DNA from: Octopus bimaculoides
Taxonomy: Eukaryota
Length of the DNA stretch: 59,142 nucleotides
Reading direction: 5' to 3'
NCBI RefSeq assembly: GCF_001194135.2
Contig: NC_068983.1
Coordinates: forward strand, 79,322,678-79,381,819
The position numbers were made by a program, and so were the translations under genes. Of this stretch, positions 1-12,102 are shown one piece after another. The notes beneath the pieces are model-generated. The model had not been told where the DNA came from and made no database searches. It saw only the letters and a list, made by a program, of their open reading frames with translations. How positions within the stretch are numbered: position 1 is the first letter of the stretch; the number at the start of each line of letters is the position of its first letter.

Positions 1-258
1 AATTGGCCTTTCATTATTTATAATCTGTACCTGTTTGTTTGGTTATGAAATAAAATACACAAAACGTGTTTCTGAATTACGTGTATTTACTTTATATACA
101 TATGAGTTGAAAACTTTCTTCTAGCATTCCACTTAATATCTATGTTCCATGCTGGCATGGATTGGAGAGTTATTAATGTAGAAGTATGGTATCGTAGCTA
201 CTAACAGTTGAGGGTTGCGTAGTCTAGACGGCGTTTTTAGATTTCATTATTCTCTTTA

Positions 259-287
259 ACCCGGGCAACGCCGGGTATTTCTGCTAG
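259..287 (+). mobile_element. Helitron-type 3' terminus
   Basis: GC-rich hairpin acccgg-gcaacg-ccgggt (259-276) then CTAG (284-287) followed by T, the canonical Helitron 3' end. 5' end not identified. Confidence 0.65.
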
Positions 288-769
288 TTAGATATAAGCT
301 TGGAAGCTGAAAAATCTGTGACTCATATTTTATTATTGGAGTCATACCATGTTCCTAGCAATTTCTCAAAAGTGTAAAATAAGTATTATAGGAAGAAAAT
401 TGTCAGCATTTAAAGTCCACACCTAGCTGTGTGTTGATTGAATCATATGAAATCAACAGACTGCAAAACTATACTATTATTGTCAACAAAGGTGAAGAAT
501 TTTTGTTGTCAGACTTTCATTGTGTATATGGCACCTAAGATTCCTTATCCAGGTGCAAACTTAAATTACCATTCTATTCATTGCAATTATATTCTTTTCT
601 AGCTGTCTAGTGGTCTCTTTATTTGATTCATTAATAGTGAGTCTTCTATAATTACAATTATTTTCCATGTTACCAACTGGAATTGATAATTACCAGCCTT
701 CTCCCTTTCTCCTCTTTAACTTTCTACACAAAGGCATAAGCCACATGTAACCTAAGCACCATGTCTCAA

Positions 770-1480
770 ACTTTTACAACTTCCATAAACAAATACCTTA
801 ACATTGTTCCATAGAGACTTGATAAGTTAATCTTCTTCAGTAAGACCAAAATTGTATCCACCAGTCATATCAAGGAATCAGTTTGTAACACTACAGCTTT
901 TCTGTCTCCAAACTTGCAACAAATGCTATATCTCACAATCTAAGATTCCTCTATATGTAGCAACAGCATTGCTCCAGAATTGGAAGCAGTAGTCCATTGT
1001 GGGCCTCACTTAAGCATTGAACAGTATCTGATATTCCACAAAAAGGCTGATGTATTTTATGCTTCATTAATTTTAATTAAAATTCCACAGTTGTCTTGTT
1101 GGCCATTTTTGACCAGAGTTATTTATATAATTCATTGTTCTCATCATTAGAGGTGTAATTTTAAGGCCTGTTACATCAGGTATTCTAGTGCCCAACTTGC
1201 AGTATACGTTAATTCTTTCATATCCTTTTTCTACATTGCATGCACTGACGTTCTGCAACTCATACATTTGTATCAATTGTAGAAAGATCTAGTTTACTGC
1301 TGGCAGACATTCTTAATAGTAACTATGTAAAGAAGTAGTAATGGTATAGAAAATGTTAGGTTGACTTGCTATTTGTTCTTAACGCTGAAGGCATGCTTGG
1401 GAATTTTTCCAATGTCATTAAAATAAATAGAAAAAAAATCCCTTTAGGTCAGTATGTTGGCTATTACATATCTGGTTAGA
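770..1480 (-). mobile_element. Decayed CR1-type LINE, RT C-terminal fragment
   Basis: Minus strand 971-1009 reads VRPTMDYCFQFWS (CR1-like VRPHLEYCxQxWS). Flanks are broken by stops and frameshifts; limits approximate. Confidence 0.5.
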
Positions 1481-1815
1481 TTTTAAAATTTTATTATGGT
1501 TTCTAGCATTTTTATGTTATCTATTCCAATTGGTTCATGAAGCAAATGTGTAGGGATGTGTTGTATTTTCACTGCATTGAATTTAACATCATCACTGAAG
1601 AAATTGAGTGCTACAAAAAGAATTATTTCCTGATCTCACCTTACACCTAAATTAGACAAAATTAATTGATCAAGTCGGTCTTAGGAGTCTATATGCTAAC
1701 AATGTTTAATAGGCCAAAACATGCCCATAGATGTTCCTTGCCCACAAACATATATGCTTCCCTTCTTTTAGGCATGTAAATTAACCTTGAGAATTAATTC
1801 AACATTAATTATGTT

Positions 1816-1975
1816 GGCATGGGTTTGGCCGTGTGGTAAGAAGTTCATTTTCAATTACATGGTTTTATGTTCAGTCCCACTGTTTTGCACCCTGGGCAAA
1901 TGTCTTTTACTATAAAATTTGGCTAACAAAATCCTTGTCAGTGGCCTTAGTAGACAGAAACTGAAAGAAGCTCAT

Positions 1976-2017
<42 letters not shown>

Positions 2018-2245
2018 AGTGCATGTATGTTGTTTTGACATCATGTGACAGTTGTAAAATGGTTGTCACTGTCATAGAAACAGTGTCATTCATTTCCAGT
2101 ATTTTGTGAGAGTATGTCTGGCCATGGAGAAAATATTACTTTGTGTGGAAACAGATGAGGGATGGAGACCAGAAAGGCACTCAGCTGTATAAAATCTGCA
2201 TCAATAAACTCCATACAAGCATGGAAAAGTGGACATTAAAATGAG
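1816..2245 (+). mobile_element. tRNA-headed SINE family A + (GT)n + module G
   Basis: Head ggcatgggtttggccgtgtggtaagaag...gttcagtcccactg...gaaactgaaagaagc matches copies at 16881, 23040, 39391. (GT)n at ~1979-2014. The 3' module recurs at ~12300, 17470, 55800, 55990. Confidence 0.75.
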
Positions 2246-2804
2246 TTATCTTGAATTTATTTCTCCTTTTCTTTAAGAGTCACTGAGAATTGCTGCTAAA
2301 TTCTTTTCATTCTCCAAGAAAGAAAATCCATTCAAATAAGACCCCTTTTAGCATATAGCATTAAGCATATTATCTCTTAACTTTATAACCCAGAATTGTG
2401 TCCTTGGCTTATTTCCGTTATTTCCTTTAGCTCAGTTTGTCTTTTTATTATGTCAGTTATACTCAGAAAAATTTATTCTTAACTTTTTTCTCTTTTTAAA
2501 AAACTTTGTCAACTAATTAAACAAGCTCGAGTAAAGTATACTATGTTAATGAAATGTAATAGACTGAAACATGTGCATAGTTGTCCCTCTTGCTTACAAA
2601 TAAAGATTAAACTTCCCCCTGACCTAAGGATGTATATTAAATTTGAAAATTTATTTATTTCCTAAAACTCTGCCTCCCTTTTCTGTGATTTGCATTAGCA
2701 ATTACTGCTAGATTTTTTTCCTCCTTTTGTTGAGAGGAACATTTCTGTTAAGATTTTTGTATGCAACAACCAGTATATCAACCTTCAACTTATTTACTTC
2801 ATAC

Positions 2805-2860
2805 CTGCAGTGTGCCAACAGTTTTCATTAAAATGTATGGCATTTGGTTATCAACTGAAT
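2805..2860 (-). CDS. Candidate 56-nt coding exon, (D)SVDNQMPYILMKTVGTLQ, unknown protein
   Basis: Acceptor tttttttttttatgtag, donor CAG|gtatga, one open frame (phase 1 to 0). No homology recognised; short pseudo-exons are common in such DNA. Confidence 0.25.
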
Positions 2861-3879
2861 CTACATAAAAAAAAAAAATAGTTCTTCCTTTTCCTTTTTA
2901 ATTTTTTTTTTTTTTGCAAACATTTACAAGGCAGTTTTTGTCTTATTTGTTGCTGTAGCAAAACAGTTTACGGAGTAAACTTGACCAAATCCTCATCATA
3001 AATTATTGTAAGTGCTGACTTGGTCACCAATGGAGAGGTTGGGTAAAGATTTGCCTCATTAAAATGAAGGGTTCACCCATTAAGAAATTTTATTTCATGA
3101 CTGTACACATGTATATTATTAATAAAAACAAGAGTACCATTCTAGATACAGGACAGACGTTCACTACTCTTCTATCTACAGGCTGTACTGTAAGTCATAG
3201 AGCATGACTATGAATAATCAGATTGTTGCTCTCCCACATTTTCACCTACTTCACTAAAAATTATTTGTCTTCTCCACTCACTAATTGTTAATTATTTGTA
3301 TTTCACACTTAGCATTGTTTCTGTTTGTTTGTCTGTCTGGCATGACAGCCACCCTACTTTCTGTCTAAAGAAGGACTACTACTTCTCATTTCATGAAAAG
3401 CAACCCCCACCTCTCTGTCACATCATCAACTTATCCCTCGCTTTCTGTCTCTCTTTCATTTAGTTAAAGTATAGTACTTTTTTATTTTTTTGCCTACCTT
3501 TACTACAGGAGTTCTTTCTCTGTCTCTAGATTCCTCTCTTCCTCAGCTGTTGACCATTTATTTCTTTCATCTATCATTCTTTATCTCTCTTCATCTTTGT
3601 AACTGATTGTAAACCTTTCTTTTCTCTCTCTTATTTCTCTCTAATTTACCTATGTACCTACCTCACATAACTCTCCCTCACTGTTCTCCTCTATCTCATC
3701 CTTTTGCTATCACTTTTCTCCCACCCATCTTTCTTAGATACATAATTCTAGTCTTTTTCTCAGTTTATTAACATATAATCATCCTCCAAATTAATTTTCC
3801 CTATTACTTATATTTCAATCTATCCACAGAAATTATTTTTGGTGTTTATTATTTGAAGTTGTCTGATTCTAAGTCTATC

Positions 3880-5370
3880 CTAGAGAAGTTCTGTGATCAA
3901 AGGCATTCAAAATGCCAAATATACTGGAAACATACTCTCCTCTGTCAGTCATCAGTGAGTTGTAGCCTTGAGAAATTTGGTGAAAGCAGTAGATTGTTAT
4001 CTCAACCCCTCGACCTCAACAAAACATTTAACCATTTCTGCTATGTGAGTTTCCTGTCAAAACTGCTTACCAACAAAGACGTTAGTCTCTCGTAGTTCAA
4101 GAAAGACAGTCCTGCAATTTCTTGCTGTTCAGCCTGTAAAAATAATTTGTGCATAGCAATCAAATGCATGTGCTCTACATTAGCTGTCACACTCCATCAA
4201 ATCAATGTTGCTTGAAAAGGTACATGGTGTACCATACATTAGGTGTTGAGCAACATGAGATGAAGTGTTTTGCTCAAGACCACCACCTGATCCAGGAAAT
4301 GAAACCTGATCTCACTATCATGAATGCAACACTCTAACCACTAGGTTATGTACCTTTGCACTGCTTACCAGTAAGCTTCATCTATCTCTCATCACTTACT
4401 TTGGTGACTTTCAGTCAGATGTGCTATCGTGGCATATGCTGATGGAACTCTTTCTTTATTCTAACTCTGGTATGCCTCAGGGCTTGGTTTTGTCCTTCAC
4501 CCTCTTCCTTCTATACATCAATAATCTACTTGTCATCACCTTTGGCAATGCCCACTTTTACACTGGTGATATCATCTTTCAGTCCTCCTTAACTTTCTGC
4601 ATCCAAGTGTAATTCACATAGACCTTTTAGTACCACACCAAATCTACTCTGAACAAAATTCAGCCATGCCAGACTTATATTTTTCAGCAGCAAAAAGCAC
4701 AATCACTGTACATATCAAAAAAAAAAAAAAAAAAAAAAAATGAAGCTAGGATGCTCACAATAGCTCAAAAATCTAGGCTTCACAATCACTGAAAATCTCT
4801 CTTGGCAAACATACCGTTACAACATAGCAAAGACTACATATCAAAGATTGGCCTTCTGCTTCAAAATCAGAAAATACTTCAACTTTCCCTCCCACTTAGC
4901 TAAGACCTACACTGAAGTAATACTTCTACATCCAAGATTGTTCTGCTGTTAAACACATATATATTCTAGACATAGCCAAAGAAATGTCACTTGACTGACT
5001 GACACAAATTTTCTTTATAATACACAGAGGTGTGCTGTTGCGTCTCCTTGTCTTTTCATCCACAACTACAAAGGGCTCTGTCCCTTGTAGATGGTTAATT
5101 TCATATGATCTCCACTAAGTCACTGCTGATTCACTCATCATCCTTCCTTTGATTATCCTTGTTGTGTCCACTCTTCTTGGCTTAGTACTAGCCAATGCAC
5201 CCATTCTTTCCTCTTCCTTATGTTGACCTTCTGGAATTGCACCCTCCTCCCCTGCACGTTTTTTTTCTTTTACTGATGTTAACTTGCAGGAGTTCAACCA
5301 ACACATAAATGGCATCAATCTCACAAGTCCTAGGGATCTTAAGAAAGCTTGCCTCCACTTCCTCTCAACT
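3880..5370 (+). mobile_element. Decayed CR1/L2-group LINE RT region, interrupted by a SINE and an A24 run
   Basis: SLEKFGES..LDLNKTFNH (LDISKAFD-like, ORF 3853), SGMPQGLVLSFTLFLLYINNLL (GVPQGSVLSPTLF-like, ORF 4421), GFTITENLSWQ..RLAFCFKIRKYF at ~4775-4880. A24 at 4717-4740. Confidence 0.75.
4150..4350 (-). mobile_element. tRNA-headed SINE family B nested in the LINE
   Basis: Reverse complement begins cctagtggttagagtgttgcattcatgat, like the + copy at ~6960. Splits the RT motifs of the host LINE. Confidence 0.65.
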
Positions 5371-5427
5371 AAACTAGTAAAAGTTGATATATATATACAC
5401 ACACACATGCACACACATACACACACT

Positions 5428-5576
5428 GGAGTGGTTGGCGTTAGGAAGGGCATCCAGCTGTAGAAACTCTGCCAGATCAGATTGGAGCCTGGTGCAGCCT
5501 TCTCTTCTGGCTTGCCAGTCCTCAGTCAAATCGTCCAACCCATGCTAGCATGGAAAGTGGACGTTAAACTAAGATG

Positions 5577-5578
<2 letters not shown>
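5428..5578 (+). mobile_element. RTE 3'-tail repeat (family C)
   Basis: agtggttggcgttaggaagggcatccagctgtagaaac...catgctagcatggaaagtggacgttaaa; reverse complement of the 3' end of the RTE at 28107-28270. Confidence 0.8.
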
Positions 5579-5615
<37 letters not shown>

Positions 5616-6002
5616 AACAGACAAATAAAATTGCAATGATTATCCTGTGCTTCTGTCAGGTATTATATCTCTTTCTTCATCTCTCTCTCTCTCAATGCTT
5701 TCATGTAAATTAGGGAGATTGGGTTGCTATTTCAAACATCAAGTGGCTACATAGAAGCTTCCTTTGACTTGTTTATTGGAAGATTACTATTTTTTCTGAC
5801 ACTATTTAAATCTACCAGCCCTTTCATTCATTTCTCATGTATATTTTAGATTGTTAATATCTTCTTTTTTTTTTTTTCAACTCTCACCAACCACAAACAA
5901 CAGCTGTGAACAGATTTACACTTTTCAAATTCATAAGTTAATAGTTTATCTGTCTTCTTATTTACTTGTTTATTTTGCCCTGTTTATTTAACTTTACTTC
6001 AG

Positions 6003-6110
6003 TATCTAAAACATGATGATACTTCACACATATTCTTTAAAAAGTTTGTAGACAAGTTGTTTGCATTGCTTGACCTTGAATGCATAATGTTGAAGAAGAG
6101 ATTCAAGTGA
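6003..6110 (+). CDS. Candidate coding exon YLKHDDTSHIFFKKFVDKLFALLDLECIMLKKRFK*, unknown protein
   Basis: About 60-nt T-rich tract ending ttcag, then 35 open codons to TGA (or weak donor AA|gtgatt at 6106). The antisense frame is also open. No family recognised. Confidence 0.3.
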   Translation, partial: YLKHDDTSHIFFKKFVDKLFALLDLECIMLKKRFK

Positions 6111-6160
6111 TTTTTGTTTGATAATTTCTCCATGACCTGATTTAAATTCCCCATCATTAT

Positions 6161-6522
6161 GTCGTTTTTGGCACTCCGTCGCTTACGACATTGAGGGTTC
6201 CAGTTGATCCAACTAACGGAACAGCCTGCTCGTGAAATTAATGTGCAAGTGGCTGAGCACTCCACAGACACATGTACCCTTAACGTAGTTCTCAGGGATA
6301 ATCAGCGTGACATAGTGTGACAAGGCTGACCCTTTGAATTACAGGTACAACAGAAAGAGTAAGTAAGAGTGAGAGAAAGTTGTGGTGAAAGAGTACAGCA
6401 GGGTTCGCCACCATCCCCTGCCTCATGGAGCTTTAGGTGTTTTCGCTCAATAAACACTCACAAACCGCGATCCTATGACCGTGAGTCTGCTGCCCTAACC
6501 ACTGGGCCATTACGCCTCCACT
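6161..6522 (-). mobile_element. tRNA-headed SINE family F with 11-bp target-site duplication
   Basis: Minus-strand head gtggaggcgtaatggcccagtggttagggcagc (A-box-like TGGCCCAGTGG). cccatcattat flanks both ends (6150-6160, 6523-6533). Confidence 0.85.
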
Positions 6523-6954
6523 CCCATCATTATAAATTTCTAGTAAAAATCATGAACAATGCAACTTCCCATTTCTTCAAAAATTCTGCAGTGCCATCTT
6601 ATATTTTTATTTATTTATGTTTTTTTTTCCATTTTATTCATTTCATTTCTATAGTTTTGTGTCATATTGCAAGAATTTATGCTCTCACCTTGGCAGCTGG
6701 AGTTCATTTCTTCTTCTTCAGAAAGGATCTGTTTTTTTTTTTTTAATGCTATTTTTTGGGTACAATTAATTTGGGAGTAAACAACAACAGCAGTAACAAC
6801 AATTCAACTGTTATTGCCAAAGTAAATATATTCTCTTGTAATTTTAATTAAAAACTCAATGATTCAGACTTAATTTCCTTATTTTAAATTCATGCCAGTT
6901 TAACTGGATTTATATTGTATACCAATTCAGAATACCTACATGCATACATACATA

Positions 6955-7375
6955 GTGAGGATGTATGACCTAGTGGTTAGGGTGTTGCATTCATGATTGC
7001 AAGATTGTGGTTTCAATTCCTAGACTGAGTGGTGCATTGTGTTCTTGAACAAAACACTTCATCTTGCATTGGGCAACTGTCTTCTGCAATAGCCTCAGGC
7101 TAACCGAAGCCTTTTGAGTGAATTCGGTTGATGGAAACTGAAAGAAGCCCATTATATATATATATATTTATGTGTCTGTGTTTGTTCCCCTTCCATTGCT
7201 TGACAACTGATGTCAGTGTGTTTATATCCCCATAACTTAGCTGTTCGGCAAAAGAGAACAATAGAATAAGTACTAGGCTTAAAAAAAATAAGTCCTGGGG
7301 TTGATTTGTTTAACTGAAGGCAGTGCTCCAGCATGGCCACAGTCAGATGACTGAAACAAATAAATGAAAGAAAAT
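6955..7375 (+). mobile_element. Composite SINE: family B head + module E
   Basis: gacctagtggttagggtgttgcattcatg head. Tail module cataacttagc..ttcggcaaaagag..ccagcatggccacagtc..atgactgaaacaa recurs at 17265, 23180, 23420, 39570. Confidence 0.75.
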
Positions 7376-7442
7376 ATAAAACAATTTCTAAAGTGTCAAT
7401 TGTAACCTCTTGTTACGTATTATGAGTTATATTACCCTATCC

Positions 7443-7661
7443 CTGTGGTTCTCAACCTTTTCACTTCCAAGGACCTTGTTTAAATGAGTTTCCTCATGGA
7501 CTCCTTTTAATATACTTATCCACACATACATACACACACACACATATATATACACACACACATATATATATATATATGAAATTTTGTATTTAGTTCACAG
7601 ACCTCCAGTACTACCGTTGCAAATCACCAGGGATCCATGGACCACAGGTTGAGAACCACTG
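7443..7661. mobile_element. hAT (Charlie-like) MITE
   Basis: TIRs ctgtggttctcaacct / aggttgagaaccactg (CAGTGGTTCTCAAC type). Right flank ctctagac fits the NTCTAGAN target; left flank ccctatcc matches 5/8. Confidence 0.75.
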
Positions 7662-8347
7662 CTCTAGACAATTAAATGTAGCATTGATGGTGACTCAGTA
7701 TTTCTTATTTTTTCTCTCTTCTTTTCAAGTGGACAAGTTGCTTTAAAGCATTGGGTGATGTACATTTGGCTGTTTGTTAGTCATTCTTTACAATCTGCAT
7801 TAAAATCTTGTATTTTGCAATGTTGAAATCATATCTAGGTTAACAAGTTCACTTCACAATCACATGAGCGAGTGTTTCTGATATAGTCTTTGACTAACTG
7901 ATATGCTGTAGGTGAAACTGGTACTCAGAAACTGTGCAGAAGCCGTCTGTGTATATGTGTGTGCGTGTGTGTGTGTGTGCACCCCCCCCCTTTTTTTTCA
8001 CCTTTGAAAAATGCAATTCTTTGCCATAGAAACAAGAAAGACTACTCTCACACCATACCAGTCATCAAGGAAAAATGCCCCCCACTCCATCCTTACAATG
8101 ACCTAAGCAAACCTATAGGTGAGGTAGTTAATTTTGCTTACTTCATTGATATTTTTGAGATCTGGTAGTAATGTTTGAACCAAATAATTACCCCTTTATA
8201 TTTTCAGTTCAATTTTGTTCACTTAAATTAAAAAAAAAAAGAAAACTAAATAACAGGTGTAAACTTGGATCTAACTGTTAACTCATACACCTGCACACCC
8301 ACTAACACTCATGCACATGCATATATATAAGAATTATATTAAGTTAC

Positions 8348-8415
8348 CTTGCCTAATTGATTTAGATCAGTTTGCATCACTTTATGAAATATTGCATATT
8401 CAAGATGTTTAATAT
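8348..8415 (-). CDS. Candidate 68-nt exon (D)IKHLEYAIFHKVMQTDLNQLGK
   Basis: Donor AAG|gtaact, weak acceptor aataatatcag, one open frame. Not phase-compatible with the nearest downstream acceptors. Confidence 0.15.
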
Positions 8416-8939
8416 CTGATATTATTGTATTAATGAAACAGGTGCATGTTTCTCATTCTCATGAAATAATGTTACTAGATGAAGAGAATTTCTTTCTTTT
8501 CTGGATTTTTTTTCCTTTAAATTTTGCTTACCTAACTTATTGCACACTGCTCTTTAATTCCTCTTATCTTTCTTTGAAATGGGGCAGGTTGTAGCTATCA
8601 ATTTTTCTCTCTCTTTGTTCTTATTCTTGCGTGTGTGGGTGTGTGATATATTAACATCTGTACATATCTGTTTGTGTATATATATATATATATATATATA
8701 CTTTAAATAAAACCCTTGATTCAATAACTTCAATAACACTGTACAAACTCTATACTCGGAATGACCAATATTAAAGACTATTGGATTTTACTCATCAGGT
8801 ATTGGAATCTTATATGTATACCATTCTGCCCAAATCATGGATTTACAAATACGATATCCCTGCATATCTCACATCTATTTTCATTCCTCCAATTCACTCT
8901 CTATTTTGTATCTTATCTAAATTAACTATTGCTTAACCA

Positions 8940-9010
8940 TCTTCTCACACTGTTTCCGATGAAGAGATATAATAAATATCCTGGAAACAGCTGTAAGACC
9001 TTCTATTTAT
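8940..9010 (+). mobile_element. Possible Penelope-like terminal motif
   Basis: ccgatgaagagatataataaatatcctggaaacagctg resembles the CTGATGAAG...CGAAAC motif at Penelope-like element ends. Motif only; no coding support. Confidence 0.2.
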
Positions 9011-9104
9011 AAATGTTCTAAAATTTACACAGCCTTGGTTTTTTATCTCATTACAAAAAGCAAATCTTTATATATATATTCATAAGTTTATATGATTATT
9101 ATTA

Positions 9105-9650
9105 TTAAGTGAGAGAGCAGTGCATGCTATCAAAGTGATGGGTAAAATATTCAAAGCCCAATATACACATCATAACTACCTGTCCAATAAGGGTACACTA
9201 GGCACATGCATTACAACCATATGTGTGTGACATAGGGATCTCATATCAAGATAAACAGTGCATGACATTGCAGGTGGGGGCTCTGTTAGAATTTTCTACA
9301 GGTTGAGTAGCCTACCCTGCTCATAAGGTCCCTGAATAAGGGTTGTTTAAGGCTGTTGAATGAAATACCCATGTTTCCAGAGGTGAATTATTCAAACCCC
9401 CAAAGAATTTCTCTCAACACGTGGCTATGATGCTCTCCCAGGATCAGAGATGCACATATCGTCTGCCACCAAGGGACATGCTCAACTGGTTACAATCAAA
9501 CAACTTACAAGCAAATCTGTGGTATTGAGCAGAATATTTGTTGTAGTCCATCTTTTATACCAGGACAAAACATGCATACATGATAACACTTCCAATCAGT
9601 TAAGTTCAGAAGCCATGAGAGCCAGTGCTTCGTACTACATCAGGGCATTT
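9105..9650. repeat. Unclassified ~550-bp element bounded by (ATT)n on both sides
   Basis: More GC-rich than its flanks, with sharp edges at (att)n 9095-9107 and the long (att)n 9650-9702. Recalled as a dispersed octopus repeat, but single copy in this window. Confidence 0.5.
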
Positions 9651-9662
9651 ATTATAATTATA

Positions 9663-9703
<41 letters not shown>

Positions 9704-9930
9704 GGTGAGCTGGTAGAACTGTTAGCATGCCGGACAAAATACTTAGTGGCATTTTGTCCATCTTTACGTTCTGAGTTCAAATTCCAGCCAGGTCGACTTT
9801 ACCTTTCATCATTTCAGGTTTGATAATTTAAGTACCAGTGAGACAATGGAGTCGATTTAATCGACTATCCCTCTCCCTGCAAAATTTCAGGCCTTTTGCC
9901 TTTAGTAGAAAGGTTATCACTATTATTATT
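9704..9930 (+). mobile_element. tRNA-headed SINE family D
   Basis: ggtgagctggtagaactgttagc...ctgagttcaaattcc (B-box GTTCAAATTCC)...tagtagaaagg + (att)n. Homologous to 54298, 54537 and the minus copies at 37090-37580 and 46850-47650. Confidence 0.8.
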
Positions 9931-9949
9931 TGTTTTTCTTTTTATCACA

Positions 9950-10620
9950 GGTTTTGTTGGAACTCCTGGAGTCTTCCATGCATAGCAGTCTTGCTTTCTG
10001 CAGCCTACGGTACCATGCTATCCGTTCTTTTCAGTTGTCTTATACTTTCCTGATTAATCTGGCTCATCTAAAGAGGCAAACCTTTTGTAACAGCTCTACT
10101 GGGCACTCTATTCCAATATCCTTTATATTCCTTTTGATGCCTTCTGATACTGTCCCCAAGGATCAACAATAATTGTCCCTATCTTCACCTTCATTTTCCA
10201 AAGCCAGGCTATTTTGTACTTAAGAGGGTTGCATTTATCTTCGTTTTTTTTTTGCCTTCTTGACTGTTTGTGGGTCAAAGGGGCATACAACATCAACTAT
10301 GTAGCACATGTGGTGCACCTTGTTGACCATCACTAGGTCTGGTCTGTTTTGCTCTAGCACCTGATCTGTTTGGATTGGGAAATCCCAGATGATTTTTCTA
10401 GTCTCTGACTCCACCACTCTCTGCGGTTTGTACTCCTACATCTCTCTAGCCCCCATTTTTCATGCAGTTTCCAGTATAGTAATTTCACTACCTGATTGTG
10501 TTGCCACAACTTGTAGTGGGTTTTGGAAAGTCTAGGGCATTCGTTCATGATATGGGCAATGGTTTCATCCACTCTGTTACAGATGCGGCATAGCAGAGAA
10601 GACAGCATTCTGGCAGAATC
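9950..10620 (-). mobile_element. R4/Dong-type non-LTR retrotransposon 3' fragment (CCHC zinc knuckle + restriction-like endonuclease), frameshifted
   Basis: CRICNRVDETIAHIMNECPRLSKTHYKLWQHNQV (ORF 10354), WDFPIQTDQVLEQNRPDLVMVNK..CYIVDVVCPFD (PD..D motif, ORF 10235), then LWKMKVKIGTIIVDPWG..KDIGIECPVELLQKVCL. A family D fragment lies at ~10620-10745. Confidence 0.85.
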
Positions 10621-11624
10621 ATTACCTCACCGAATTTCTTCCATTTATTTTGTTCTGAATTCAAATGCTATAGAGGTTGACTTTGCCTTTCTTCTTTCTG
10701 GGGGTTGATAAAATAAGCACCCCTCAAGCACTGGGGTTGCTAGCAGAATCGCTAATGTCAGAGAAAATGTCTTGTAGTATTTCTTCTAGCTTTTTACATG
10801 TAATAATACTGACAGTAAAACTCAGTGACAATCATTCAGGAAACCAAGGCCAAACGCTTGCAATAGTCTGTGCTCTGTTAGAGGCCTGCAAGGTCTAAGT
10901 TATGACATTGTTCTCAACCTTCCTTCCAACATGAGTACATCAAACACTCTGTCTATATTTCTCTCCTTGTCTCTGCCTTATATCTTTTGCGTTCTTTATC
11001 TCTGTCTGCCTGTCTCTTTCTCATACATGCATTATTGCCTGTGTGTAGAAGAGATAGGCTTCCTCAATGTGAGACAATAGTAACACAACCAGGAGTAAAG
11101 TAAATATACCATTCAAAAAAATGTAGCTTGTGGATAGGGGAAACAAAAACCCCAAAAGAAAAAAAATTCCTCATTTATAATTTAGTGTCACAGTAAATGC
11201 TTCTTTGGCTATAGATTTAAAGAAGTGCATTAAATGTCAGTCTCCTTTATACTGAGCAGCAAATTGCCTTGACTAGCGTAAATCATGTTGTTGCTATGTA
11301 TTGTTAATAGTAAGGGTGAGCACTATATTTTCATCATAAAATAACTTGATGATATTAGTTTAGATATGTGCTCTTAAAATAACTGGCAGTATTTTAGAAC
11401 TCCATCAAGTATTCCATACACACATAAACACTAATGTGCGTGTGCACACAAACACACACATTGTACTTAAGAATATATTTTTAGCTTTGTCCTAAAACAG
11501 TTTGAGTAACGATCATGAATTTAGACCTAGTTGTGTTTCATTAGCCTTTGGTATGATTACAATCTCCTTATAATATTCATAGAATTCCATAATTAATATT
11601 CCCTAATATATATATATATATATA

Positions 11625-11770
11625 NNNNNNNNNNNNNNNNNNNNNNNNNNNNNNNNNNNNNNNNNNNNNNNNNNNNNNNNNNNNNNNNNNNNNNNNNNNN
11701 NNNNNNNNNNNNNNNNNNNNNNNNNNNNNNNNNNNNNNNNNNNNNNNNNNNNNNNNNNNNNNNNNNNNNN
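11625..11770. other. Assembly gap (N run) next to (TA)n
   Basis: N bases. Other gaps: 16261-16451, 22981-22990, 34423-35107, 45913-46145, 49709-50405. Confidence 1.
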
Positions 11771-12102
11771 ATATACAATTACAAAATAATATGATATATA
11801 ACACACAGGTTTGAAAAGAAAGCACACAGAATCAGGGAAACTAGTGGCAGTACGCATTGGTAAAAATTGTACTTATTGATTGAATGTAAAGCTTCTTTAA
11901 CTGTAATGTGAGAAGCGAATTTGCAATACCTTTGTTTGATTACTCTGGGGTATAACTCAAAGTTTAACCATCACTGCATTAGTAAATTAAATAACTTGAA
12001 TGTAATTTAATGTAAGTAATTTTTGAGAACAATACTCAATAATCTTTAGAGGGAAAAATAAACTGTACTGGCTCATGAGTAATTTATATATAACTCTGTA
12101 GG

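Noticed and set aside
3330-3850. Long pyrimidine-rich tract as a regulatory or triplex element
   Set aside because: Irregular low-complexity sequence with no mirror symmetry I could verify; nothing supports function.
6440-6522. tRNA genes in SINE heads (also 9704, 47330-47420, 54298)
   Set aside because: A/B-box-like motifs only; no cloverleaf, and each continues into a multi-copy SINE body.
8142-8221. Minus-strand segment with excellent acceptor and donor
   Set aside because: Stops in all three frames from the strong acceptor; the alternative acceptor is weak and out of phase with the neighbouring candidate.
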